This document shows positions 47,529 through 57,019 of a stretch of DNA of 64,000 bases, in pieces. Position 1 is the first letter of the stretch; every line of letters begins with the position of its first letter. Position numbers and translations under genes: made by a program. Source of the DNA: Ostreococcus lucimarinus (lineage: Eukaryota); NCBI GenBank assembly GCA_000092065.1, contig CP000591.1. One strand, written 5' to 3'. The notes under the pieces are model-generated. The model saw only the letters and a program-made list of their open reading frames with translations, ran no database searches and was not told the origin of the DNA.

Positions 47529-50500
47529 TCACGGAGCGATGGTGTCTAAAGCCATGTAGGTATCGCACCAGGCGGTGTGCAGGGCGCTCGGTTCCGTCGC
47601 GTCGCGAATCGGCGGTACGCCGCGGCCGCGATACGCCGCGCGCGTGAGCTTTTCCACTTCCTCCGGCGGTCGTTCGTTCGCTAAGTTATCCCAATCGATG
47701 TCGCAGAGCAGCGCGGATCGCTTGACTAATGTGGCGTCGTGCATGCGGTCTTTTGGGTTGACCACGAGAAGCGCGCGAGCCAAGGCGACGGCTTTGGGAT
47801 CGGCGTCGCCGCGGAAGATCGTGGATAAATCGCACCGACAAATTGACTCGTACGTCTTGTGCGTGACTTTCATCCCGAACGGTGGCGTCCCGTTGAGTAA
47901 GTGCACGATGAACGTCCCGAGCGAAAACCAGTCCGCGCGTTCGTCGTGGCCGACGCCGCGAACGACTTCGGGCGCCATGTACGCCGCGGCGCCGCACGCC
48001 GTAAACGTCTTTCCGGGCGTGTCGTCCGTCACCGCGAGATGTTTAGCGAAGCGGAAGTCAGTCAACCGCAGCGCGCCGTGCTGATCGATCGTCATCGTCT
48101 CCGGGTCCATTCCTCGGAATACGATGTCCATGGCGTGGACGTACTCGAACACGAGCGTAAACGCGGCGACGTAGTACTTGACGACTTCGGGCTTGGAGCC
48201 GCCGCCGCACGCGATGACAGCTTCGAGCGCACATCTCGGCGCGAATGGGTACGGAATGGAGATGAAACTCGAGTCTTTCGATGGGATGGCGGGTATGGGA
48301 ATGAATGCCGGCGGCTTGGCTGAGCCCGCCGTGAGCATTGTGATGATGGCGCGCTCGCGCAACACGCCCTCGACTCGCGCGAGCGATTCTGTTCTCGCGA
48401 GCGAGATCTGCACCGTCGCCTCCTTAGACGCCCCCTTCGTTTCGCGCAAGTGACCGAGCAACGTCATGTACAGCGCCTCACGCGAGGCTCGCTCGTCGTC
48501 CCCGAAACTTAATCGCCGCTCGTGCGGATCTAAAGCGCGCTGGGGCGATCGGATGCGTTCCATCGACGACGATCGCTCGAGAGTGGCGCTCGACGTCCGC
48601 ACGATCGCCTCGGTTCCGGTGACGTTTGTTATATCGGTCAGCTTAACGCGCCATACCTCAACGTCGTCGCTGATGGCTTGAATATTAGTCGCACACGGCG
48701 CGCCACTTCTCGAGAGAAGCGCGCGTTCACCAAAATATTGCCCACTCGTCAACTTGAGCACCACCCTCGGCGTCTCGCTCTCGTCGCGCGCATTCGCACG
48801 CACGGTGCACGACACATCCCCCCTACTGATGATGTACATAGCATTTATCTGCTGTCCCTGACGCGCGATGAGCTCGCTTGTTTGAGCCTTTACGAGAGAT
48901 TTCCCGCGCTTATCGACGATGTTCGTGGCGATTCGGCGCAAGTCGCTGATGCTCACGGCTTTCAGCGCGTCCACGCCGCGCAGCGCGCTCGTGAGCGTGT
49001 TTACGCTCGGCTCGTCGTCCTCGCGCATGAGACGCGTGTAAGTGGCGAAGTCAAGCACCCAGAGGACCACGTCACTGTTCGCGGTGACGGTCTCGTGCGG
49101 ATTTTGGGCGTGCGCCATGCACTGTTCGTTGAAGCACATTCTGTCGCCGCCTTTGCCATACGTTCGCACCTTGACGGCTTCCTTCTTCTCCGCATTCTCG
49201 TCTCCCTCGTTCTCGACCCACGCGACGTTGTCGCGCCCCGTGAGAGTGCCACTCTGTACGGCATAAAGCGCACGCAGCGAATACTTGTCGTTTTGCGTCA
49301 CGACGACATCGCCGTCGTACACTCTTTTCCTGTACATCGCCTCCGCGACTTCGTTCAAAATCGCATCCGAGACGCCGATAAATAAGAATGATTGCTTGAG
49401 AATCGATAATAACGCCGATTTGTCCTCCGCGGTGGCGATGGACAGATCTCCCATCTGCTCTTCCAGTGAACCTCTCGTGTTGAACGAGATATCGGACGGT
49501 AAACCGTAAGGGTGCACCACGCGATAACTGCGGCGCGTTTGCATGGTGAACGACGGCACGACGCGACGTCGAGGTCTCGCCGACGTTGGGAACGGCGACG
49601 AGAGCTGGTTCGCGCGATCGGGAAAGTTGAACAGCGCACTGACGCTCACGGACTTTCTCGGCGTGACGGGATCGGGATCGGGATGGGTTTCGTCCGGGAA
49701 GTCTTCAATCAAGATGACGATGACGGTGATGTCGTCCGTGCGCGTCTCGTATTGAAGCCAGAGCTTGTACGATTCCACCACGAGCGCGATTGCGCTCTGC
49801 TGTGGATCGCTCGTCGCCATCGCGGCTTTGATCACGCTTGTGGACGGAATGAATTCGAAAACTCCATCTGAAGCGATCACGATCGCCTTCGTGTCTTTGT
49901 TCAAGCGCACGCGCTCGATTTCCGGCGTCGCGACGACGCCGATGCGCTCGGCGACGGCGTCGCCTATGGAACGAGTAAACGCCGTGCCAGGATACATCCC
50001 ATTCTTCGCCCACAGTCGCGGGGGATCGCCATCGTCGTCTTGCTCCGTCCCCCAACACTGCACGGTGGGATCTTTGAACCCCTCGAGCTGATCGAGCGTC
50101 ATCACGCGCGCGCCCGCCTTCTTCACCCGCTCGCACTCATCCGCGCGAAACGGCGTCTGATCCGAACTCAAATCCACCGTCTCCACCACAACCTCTCCCT
50201 TATCGTCCGCCTTCTCTATCCCCATCGTCGCCCGCGAGTCCCCCACGTTTATCACGTACAAATCCCTCCCCTTCACGTGCGCGATGATCCCCGTCGTCCC
50301 GCTCAACGAATCGTCCACCTCGCTCCTTCGCAGCGCCTCGTTCGTCGTTCGAAACGCCTCCTCGTACCCTTTCGCGTCCCCAAACTCTCGCTTCGCCATC
50401 TCCATCGGCACTCTCATCGCCGCGAACCTCGCGCACTCCGTTCCAAACTCCCCGTGTCCGTCGAAGACGCCGAAGACGCACTCGTCGTCGCGATCTCCAA

Positions 50501-50885
50501 ATCTCGCCTCGCTCACGTGCGCGTCCTGGTTCGCCTTGCTCAGCGCCTCTGGGTAGTACCCTCGCTGCGAGCACGCCGCGTATCGCATCGCGTACGACTG
50601 CGCGCGACCGCGTTCGTCCGTGAACGCCACTCGGACCGTCTTCGCGCCCTTGACGCCGGCGAGACGGGCGTTGTATTGCTCCTGCGTCAGCGGGCCGCCG
50701 CGCAGGCGCACTTGGTACCGCACGGGGGCGTCGTCCGTCGGATCGACGCATTCGTCGTCGTCGCGCGCGCGCGCGCGATCGGCGACGGGACGAACGGGGC
50801 GCGCGCGCGATGGAGACGCGGGCGCGCGAGGCGCCGCGTCGCGCGCGGCGCTCGCGGCGTCCGCGGCGGAGGACGCGCATCCCAT
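47529..50885 (-). CDS. PP2C phosphatase, two cNMP-binding domains and a Ser/Thr protein kinase as one tri-domain protein, with an N-terminal MGC acylation motif.
   Basis: MGCASS start (ATG at 50885). PP2C: FGVFDGHGEFG...YVINVGDSRA...ASDGVFEF. cNMP-binding: FLFIGVSDAILNEVAEAM and FGERALL...APCATNIQA. Kinase: RLTDFRFAKHL...AAYMAPEVV...DWFSLGTFIVHLL. Same architecture as Arabidopsis At2g20050. Confidence 0.85.
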   Translation of the reverse strand: MGCASSAADAASAARDAAPRAPASPSRARPVRPVADRARARDDDECVDPTDDAPVRYQVRLRGGPLTQEQYNARLAGVKGAKTVRVAFTDERGRAQSYAMRYAACSQRGYYPEALSKANQDAHVSEARFGDRDDECVFGVFDGHGEFGTECARFAAMRVPMEMAKREFGDAKGYEEAFRTTNEALRRSEVDDSLSGTTGIIAHVKGRDLYVINVGDSRATMGIEKADDKGEVVVETVDLSSDQTPFRADECERVKKAGARVMTLDQLEGFKDPTVQCWGTEQDDDGDPPRLWAKNGMYPGTAFTRSIGDAVAERIGVVATPEIERVRLNKDTKAIVIASDGVFEFIPSTSVIKAAMATSDPQQSAIALVVESYKLWLQYETRTDDITVIVILIEDFPDETHPDPDPVTPRKSVSVSALFNFPDRANQLSSPFPTSARPRRRVVPSFTMQTRRSYRVVHPYGLPSDISFNTRGSLEEQMGDLSIATAEDKSALLSILKQSFLFIGVSDAILNEVAEAMYRKRVYDGDVVVTQNDKYSLRALYAVQSGTLTGRDNVAWVENEGDENAEKKEAVKVRTYGKGGDRMCFNEQCMAHAQNPHETVTANSDVVLWVLDFATYTRLMREDDEPSVNTLTSALRGVDALKAVSISDLRRIATNIVDKRGKSLVKAQTSELIARQGQQINAMYIISRGDVSCTVRANARDESETPRVVLKLTSGQYFGERALLSRSGAPCATNIQAISDDVEVWRVKLTDITNVTGTEAIVRTSSATLERSSSMERIRSPQRALDPHERRLSFGDDERASREALYMTLLGHLRETKGASKEATVQISLARTESLARVEGVLRERAIITMLTAGSAKPPAFIPIPAIPSKDSSFISIPYPFAPRCALEAVIACGGGSKPEVVKYYVAAFTLVFEYVHAMDIVFRGMDPETMTIDQHGALRLTDFRFAKHLAVTDDTPGKTFTACGAAAYMAPEVVRGVGHDERADWFSLGTFIVHLLNGTPPFGMKVTHKTYESICRCDLSTIFRGDADPKAVALARALLVVNPKDRMHDATLVKRSALLCDIDWDNLANERPPEEVEKLTRAAYRGRGVPPIRDATEPSALHTAWCDTYMALDTIAP

Positions 50886-51086
50886 GCGCGCGGCGAAGAG
50901 TGCGGCAACGGTTTGGATTTGGAGGCGAGCGGGACGGGACGCGCGAGACGAGACGCGATTCGAATGGATCGAGAGAACCGCGAGGGACGCGCGACGAAAA
51001 GCGCGGATAAGGTGATACTAAGGATGCTACGCGCGCGCGTTCGCGCGAGGGACGAGGGGCGTCGCGACGGCGGTGGACGGGACGAG

Positions 51087-53975
51087 CTAGAGCGCGTCGC
51101 GCAAGACGCCGTCGGCGCGGTACTTGTCCTTCTCGGCCTGCCGCGCTCGCGCCCTGTCGGGGTCGACGCGACGAATGCCTTGGATGCCCACGGTCGGGGG
51201 ACGACGCTCGCGTTCCCAAACTTCTTCTTCGTTGTCGATGTGGGTGGTGACGGAGAGCTTCGTGCCGCGTTTGGCGGCTTGTTCAATCTTTTCGCGAATG
51301 GCGTCGGATTGTAACGCGCTGAACGGGGCGGCGTCTTTTCCGCCGCCGGCGCCGCCGCTTTGGGAGCCGGACTTTCTAAAATCAAATACTTGTTTACCGC
51401 CGCCGCCGCCGCCGCCGTGCCACCCGCCAGCCTCCATGCTCAGACCGTTCGAGGCGATTTGTTGCAGCGACTGGTACACCGCCTCCACGTTCAACTCCAT
51501 GTTCAGTTGTTTCTCTTCAATCGTGTCGTTGCTGATGATGATGTGTGACACGTTCGACGCGGTGTCTTGGCCAACAACTTGCACTTCCTTGACAGCGATC
51601 ATGACTTGCGCGATTTGCTCTGAAATATTTACTATGTCGGCGTGCATTTGTTGCATCGCGAGCTTGATGGCGCCCATCGTCGCCCCGGGCGCCGCTCCCG
51701 AGACTGGTACATTCGTATCCTTGAATCCACCCGCTGTGACCGTTCCGATTGCACCAGCTTGCTCCCTCGCACGTCTTTTCGTATCCTCTTGGGCGCGTTC
51801 CTGCTGCAGCAACTCGCGCCAATTCGAGCACACGTTGCGCGTTGTTTCTTCTAAAAATCTTCGCATGTCGCACTCGCTCAACGCGATGCGCGCCATCTTT
51901 GGTTTGTTCAGCGCTTGTAGCGCGTGCAAAAACTCATCCTCGAAGTTACGCAATAGAGTCGGTTGATGTTGCGCGCAAATATCATAAAACACCGCGTGGT
52001 CCATGACGAGCGCCTCGACGTGTTTGTCAAACGGCATGGCGCACAACATGCCTTTATAGAACCCGGAAAGTAAACCGGGGTTGAGCACTGTGCCCGGGCC
52101 GCGGAGCAAACCTTTTTCTTCCGCGAGTTCGATTTGCTGTTCTCGCAATCGCTTGCGCTTGATTTTCTGTACGTGGGAGTGGTGGAATCCGGACGCCTCG
52201 TCGGGGGAATACGAAACTCTCCCGTTGAGCGTGATGATGAACTTATCCGCAAGTTCGTACGGATAGCATATACGTGCGCCTCGCGCGTACATGTGCGTAT
52301 CCATGGTACGACAGAGGATCTCTATCACAATCCCGTCGGGCTGCACCGTGCCATTGGCCTTTAAACCTATGGACAGCGCTTTACCGTAAATGTAAAAGTT
52401 GACGTCGGCGCGAATCGCCTCGGGGAGCGGTTGGATGATATCTCGGTTCACCAGTTTTTGAGGTTTCGCGGAAGCCTTGTAGTGCGACCGGACGCGCGAT
52501 TTCAATCCGTTTGGCATCTTGTGCTCGGACAAAAGTTCGCGTACGTGGTTCATGAGCACCGCGAAGCGATTCCCGGGCGAGTCTTCATCCATGGACATGT
52601 TCACGCCGGAGATGATGGCGGAAAATACAAAGCCCCCGGTGATCATCACGAGGATGGCTATGACGCGTTCATCGACAGTGGTCGGAACGACGTTACCGTA
52701 GCCTACCGTCGTGAGTGTTTGCACCGACCAAAACAACGCGGCAACGTACATTTCACTCTTGTGCGACTCTACACCGCTCGCGTCTTCGCGTTGAAAGTCG
52801 TACACGTAGGCGTACGCACACGCCATCCAGTGAGAAAGGAGCACTAAAAGCGCGAGCAAGCGCCCGAGAGTCACCATTTTATACACGCGCATAAGATTCT
52901 CTTGATAACGTTCCAAGATTCTACCCGTGCGCATCACGCGAAGTAGGCGCAGCATTTTGAACAAACGCAGCACCTCGGGCACTTGTGAATTCTCAGCCGC
53001 GGCGCCACACGCCGCCTCAGACTCCCACGAACACGTCAACGTGCCATCGATGCTGCGAGAAACGTAATCCACGGGGATTAGCGATATGGCGTCCGGAATG
53101 AACCAGCCTTTCAAGTAATGCTTTTGAATCTTCCACAAATTCGTCACGTAGTGAAAGTCGTCGTCATCGGCGCTCGTCTCCCAGTACGCCGTGAAGAAGT
53201 TGAAAAACATGTCAATGTAGAAATAAATATCGACCAGAAAATCCGCGACGTACCACAATCCGTACGACGGCTCGCTGAACCCGATGCGATAGGGCACGGA
53301 AATCGCGATGTACAGCAACAGGAAAATTTGTAGAAAATCCCAATACTGCCGCAGCTTCGTCGTCGGGTGCATGACGAATAACGATCTCGCCTCGTCGTCA
53401 TCGCCGTATTTCGCGATCGCCGAGGCTTCATCTTCGTCCTCATCGCTGTCCGCCGCGTTCCAATCGGCCTCGGACTCGTCGCCGTGATCCAAGAAATTTT
53501 CCAACCGGGTGGTATCAAACATCTTTTGCTTGTGCTTCTCCGACGCCGCCGCCGTCATCGCCGCCCTCGCCATCTTATTCTCATCTAACCGCCGCCTCGT
53601 GTCGCCCTCCTCCTTTTCGCGCAGCGCCTTCGCGCTCGTCGCCAACCCATGCTTCGCTCTCGCCGCGCTTCCCCGCGGCACGTTGACGATGCCCGCCTTC
53701 GCCGCCTCCTTCGCCCTTCGAATCGCATCCTTCACCTTCTCCGCCCGCGTCATCGCTCGCGTCCCGTTCGCCGCGTCGAGCTTTCCATCGCCATCCCCGC
53801 GCGCGCCCTCGTCGCTTCCCGCGCTGTCGTGCGCGCTCGCCGTCGTCGCGTCGCGCGCGTCGCTCGCGTTTGGTGTTGCGCCCGCGCCGAAGAATTCGTC
53901 GTCGGAATCGCCGTCGCGCGTCGCGCGCGTCGCGCGATCGCGCGTCTTCGCGCGCGCGCGCTCGGCGGCGGCCAT
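51087..53975 (-). CDS. Voltage-gated-type K+ channel (6-TM, GYG pore) with a C-terminal cyclic-nucleotide-binding domain (EAG/AKT-like).
   Basis: Pore: SVQTLTTVGYGNVVP. S4-like LRLFKMLRLLRVMRTGRI. CNBD: FYIYGKALSIGLKANGTVQPDGIVIEILCRTM...ARGARICYPYELADKFIITLNGRV. ATG at 53975; the track start at 54068 is a GTG. Confidence 0.8.
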   Translation of the reverse strand: MAAAERARAKTRDRATRATRDGDSDDEFFGAGATPNASDARDATTASAHDSAGSDEGARGDGDGKLDAANGTRAMTRAEKVKDAIRRAKEAAKAGIVNVPRGSAARAKHGLATSAKALREKEEGDTRRRLDENKMARAAMTAAASEKHKQKMFDTTRLENFLDHGDESEADWNAADSDEDEDEASAIAKYGDDDEARSLFVMHPTTKLRQYWDFLQIFLLLYIAISVPYRIGFSEPSYGLWYVADFLVDIYFYIDMFFNFFTAYWETSADDDDFHYVTNLWKIQKHYLKGWFIPDAISLIPVDYVSRSIDGTLTCSWESEAACGAAAENSQVPEVLRLFKMLRLLRVMRTGRILERYQENLMRVYKMVTLGRLLALLVLLSHWMACAYAYVYDFQREDASGVESHKSEMYVAALFWSVQTLTTVGYGNVVPTTVDERVIAILVMITGGFVFSAIISGVNMSMDEDSPGNRFAVLMNHVRELLSEHKMPNGLKSRVRSHYKASAKPQKLVNRDIIQPLPEAIRADVNFYIYGKALSIGLKANGTVQPDGIVIEILCRTMDTHMYARGARICYPYELADKFIITLNGRVSYSPDEASGFHHSHVQKIKRKRLREQQIELAEEKGLLRGPGTVLNPGLLSGFYKGMLCAMPFDKHVEALVMDHAVFYDICAQHQPTLLRNFEDEFLHALQALNKPKMARIALSECDMRRFLEETTRNVCSNWRELLQQERAQEDTKRRAREQAGAIGTVTAGGFKDTNVPVSGAAPGATMGAIKLAMQQMHADIVNISEQIAQVMIAVKEVQVVGQDTASNVSHIIISNDTIEEKQLNMELNVEAVYQSLQQIASNGLSMEAGGWHGGGGGGGKQVFDFRKSGSQSGGAGGGKDAAPFSALQSDAIREKIEQAAKRGTKLSVTTHIDNEEEVWERERRPPTVGIQGIRRVDPDRARARQAEKDKYRADGVLRDAL

Positions 53976-54159
53976 CGCGCGCCTGCGCGGCGACGCGACG
54001 TCGCGACGACGCGGTGTGCGACGCGTCGCGCCGCGACCGACCGACCGACGCGCGCGTCCGTGCGCCACATCGTATGGGCAAACAGTATAACGTTAATATA
54101 AACCATCGCCCCGACGCCGCGCCGTCGACGCGCGCGGCGCCGCGCACGCGCGCGCGCCG

Positions 54160-54594
54160 ATGTTCGCGCCCGCGACGCGCCGCGCGCTGACGCGCGCCGC
54201 GCGACGCGCGATGTGCGGCGCGCGCGCGTCCGTCGACGACGGACTGACGCTCACCGACGCGTGCGCGACGCGCCTGCGCGCCATCGCCGACGAAGACGGA
54301 AGCGCGCCCGCGCGCCTGCGGCTCGCCGTCGAGGGCGGCGGGTGCTCGGGGTTCAAGTACGAGTTCACCCTCGAGCGCGACGCGGCGACGGCGCGCGATA
54401 AGACGTTTCGAGCGGCGAACGGGGCGGAGGTGGTGGTGGATGCGATTTCGTACGAATTCGTCAAGGGGGCGACGATCGATTACGCGGAGGAGATGATCAA
54501 GAGCTCGTTCGAGGTGGTGAAGAATCCGCAGGCGGAGACGTCGTGCGGGTGCGGGGCGTCGTTCGGGGCGAAGGACGGCGCGTTCGGGGGGTGA
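54160..54594 (+). CDS. ISCA: A-type iron-sulfur cluster assembly carrier (IscA/HesB family) with a mitochondrial-type presequence.
   Basis: ATG at 54160. LRLAVEGGGCSGFKYEF...VVVD..S..FVKGATIDYAEEMIKSSFEVVKNPQAETSCGCGASF. The three conserved Cys are present. Confidence 0.9.
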   Translation: MFAPATRRALTRAARRAMCGARASVDDGLTLTDACATRLRAIADEDGSAPARLRLAVEGGGCSGFKYEFTLERDAATARDKTFRAANGAEVVVDAISYEFVKGATIDYAEEMIKSSFEVVKNPQAETSCGCGASFGAKDGAFGG

Positions 54595-54778
54595 CGAGGA
54601 CGACGGAACGCGTCGGCGAACCGAAGACGGAAGCGCGGGAGGGGGCGCGGGGGGTAATTTTTTCTGTACCGCGCGGCGCACGGCGCGAGATTTAGGATAG
54701 GACTGCGATTGCAACACGACGATGGCTACGTTTACGAGACGACGACGGAGGGCTCGAGAGGGCTTCGATCGCGCGCGT

Positions 54779-55498
54779 CTACGCGGTCGCCGCGTCGATT
54801 TCCGCCGATACGCGCGCGGCGTCGCCCGCGGCGACGACGCGCGGCGTTCCCGCGGGAGGATCGCGACACATCTCCGGCCCAATCGTGGAATCGTCCACCA
54901 TGGTGAAGCACGGCACGTCCTTGAACTTGCCGTCGGCGTATTCGTGAATCTTTTTGACGCCGTCCAAAAACGGCAAGCTCACCATCGCCGCGAACTCGTG
55001 CACGCGCGCGCCGAGCTGATCGACGAGATTGAACCCCGCCAACGCCGTCCCACCCGTGGCGATCAAATCATCGATCAGAACCACGCGATCGCCCGCTTTG
55101 ACGCTCCCCAGGCGCATCACCGTCTCGTCCGTCGAATACTCGGTGACGTACGTCCCGCTCGACACCAGCACCCCCGGCAGCTTCCCAGCCTTGCGAATCA
55201 TCACGAACGGCACGTTCAGCGCCATCGCGATCGGCGGTCCGAACAGGAACCCTCGCGCGTCGAATCCCGCGATGTGCGTCGGTCCCGCCTCGCCCTGCGC
55301 GCGATACCTCGCGACGAACAGCTCCGTCACCGCGCGAAACACCTCGGGATTCTCCGTGATCCCGCTCACGTCGTAAAACGACGGCACGTCGTGCGGCGAG
55401 TACTCGGGTCCGTACCACGGCAGCGCCGCCGCGATCGCGCGCACCGCCGCGTCGTTTTGGTCCAAGCAAAAGTGATTTTCCCTGTCGCGCGCGCGCAT
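54779..55498 (-). CDS. APT: Adenine phosphoribosyltransferase.
   Basis: PRPP-binding motif DRVVLIDDLIATGGTALAG. Type-I PRTase fold signatures (GFDARGFLFGPPIA). ATG at 55498. Confidence 0.85.
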   Translation of the reverse strand: MRARDRENHFCLDQNDAAVRAIAAALPWYGPEYSPHDVPSFYDVSGITENPEVFRAVTELFVARYRAQGEAGPTHIAGFDARGFLFGPPIAMALNVPFVMIRKAGKLPGVLVSSGTYVTEYSTDETVMRLGSVKAGDRVVLIDDLIATGGTALAGFNLVDQLGARVHEFAAMVSLPFLDGVKKIHEYADGKFKDVPCFTMVDDSTIGPEMCRDPPAGTPRVVAAGDAARVSAEIDAATA

Positions 55499-55724
55499 CC
55501 ATCCCGAACCGTCGTCAGCGCGTCGTTCGCGCGCGCGCGTCGTCGCGTCGCCGCGCGTCGATCGAGCGCGCGTTCGCGCTCGCGCGTCGCGCGCACCCGA
55601 GCGTTTTCACCGCGGGCGTCGCCATCGCGCGTGCGTCGTCGCGCGCGCGCGCGTCGAGGTGTGCCGACCGACGGCGTCGCCGCACGTCGCGACGCGCGTC
55701 GGACGCGCGCCGGACGCGCGCGCG

Positions 55725-56882
55725 ATGGCGTCGCGCGTCGCGTCGAGCGCGCGCGCGTCGTCGTCGCGCGTCGCGCGCGGCGAAGACGGCGCGAGGCGCG
55801 CGCGCGCGTCGGCGGTTTCGAGACGGCGCGCGGGCGCGGTCGGCGACGCGCGCGTGTGCGTCGAGACGGCGCTGCGCGACGACGACGAGACGTCGGGAGT
55901 CGCGGACGGGCCGGGGTGCTTCGCGCTCGAGGACGCGGCGGGCGCGGTGGTGTTCGTGGGGGGCGGGCGGCGCGCGCGGGACGCGCTGCGGGCGTACGCG
56001 GCGACGACGACGAGAGACGTCCGGAACGAGGTGTTCGTCGGCGCGGTCGAGACGCTGCCGAAGCGATCGAGATCGAGCGCGGTGCGAAACGCGATGAAGG
56101 CGATGCTCGAGGGGTTGGAGTACGCGCCGGAAGATAACGCGGCGGCGACGACGGCGGCGACGGCGGAAACCGTCGGATACGCGTTCTCGAGCGATCACCT
56201 GCGCGCGCTCGAGCGCGATGGGTACGTCGTCGTGGATGATTTGATATCGCAAGACGTCGCGCGGGCCGCCGCGGCGTCGGCGCGGGCGATGTACGATCGC
56301 GGGGTGATGCAGAATTTGCGACAAGAGGGCAGGGACGACGACGTCGCCGTGTTGGCGACGTCGAGCCTTCCGGCCGGGGACGAGTTCGCCGGCCTGCGGC
56401 CTTGCGTCGAGGCGTTGCTGCGCGTTCCGGACGATCTTCGACGCGTCGTCGCGCGCGTCGACGACGACGCGCTCGGTGCGGACGTCGTATCAAAAGTTCG
56501 CGCGTGTCGAGCCCCCGACCGCCTGATGCTCGCTCGATACGGCTCCGAGAGCTGTCGATACGTCCCGCATCTCGACAACGACCCCTCCGACGACGCGAAC
56601 GACGCCGGATCGCCCGGTTTACGACCATCGGACAGAGTGTTCACCCTGATCGCGTATTTGAACCCCGATTGGGACGCGACGCGCGGCGGTCGCTTTCGAG
56701 CCTATCGCCCCGGCGTCGCCGCCGACGCCGCCTCGCCGTCTGATTTCGTCGACATCGACCCGATTCTCGGCCGCGTCGTCGTCTTCGACGCCGCCAAGCT
56801 CTTGCACGAGGTTCGTCCGAGTTTTCACGACCGTTACGCCGTCACCGTGTGGACGCGCGGCGCAGAGCTTTTGCCCGCGTAG
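55725..56882 (+). CDS. 2OG-Fe(II) oxygenase superfamily protein (prolyl-4-hydroxylase-like).
   Basis: ATG at 55725 (MASRVASSARASSSRVARG...). HxD...H core: YVPHLDNDPSD...RVFTLIAYLNPDWDATRGGRFRAY...GRVVVFDAAKLLHEVRPSFHDRYAVTVW. Confidence 0.7.
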   Translation: MASRVASSARASSSRVARGEDGARRARASAVSRRRAGAVGDARVCVETALRDDDETSGVADGPGCFALEDAAGAVVFVGGGRRARDALRAYAATTTRDVRNEVFVGAVETLPKRSRSSAVRNAMKAMLEGLEYAPEDNAAATTAATAETVGYAFSSDHLRALERDGYVVVDDLISQDVARAAAASARAMYDRGVMQNLRQEGRDDDVAVLATSSLPAGDEFAGLRPCVEALLRVPDDLRRVVARVDDDALGADVVSKVRACRAPDRLMLARYGSESCRYVPHLDNDPSDDANDAGSPGLRPSDRVFTLIAYLNPDWDATRGGRFRAYRPGVAADAASPSDFVDIDPILGRVVVFDAAKLLHEVRPSFHDRYAVTVWTRGAELLPA

Positions 56883-57019
56883 CTCCGGAGCCAGCCTTCC
56901 CGCCATATCCGATTGTCACGCGAGACTGCATTATTCGTCATCGCACGGCTCGACGCACCGCGCGCGCGCGCGCCGACGACCGCCCGAGCGAGACATCGCC
57001 CGCGCGCGCGTCGTCGCCG

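Noticed and set aside
50040-51385. Three overlapping 230-430-aa ORFs (50040-51314 +, 50200-51219 -, 50687-51385 -) spanning the PP2C-kinase 5' region and the intergenic space.
   Set aside because: All are Arg/Pro/Ala low-complexity and mutually exclusive. The PP2C gene's MGCASS start at 50885 and the K+ channel 3' end at 51087 account for the region.
54722-56137. A 471-aa plus-strand ORF, plus a 420-aa and a 269-aa minus-strand ORF, around the APRT gene.
   Set aside because: They are Arg-rich junk frames overlapping the clearly conserved APRT (minus) and 2OG-oxygenase (plus) genes.
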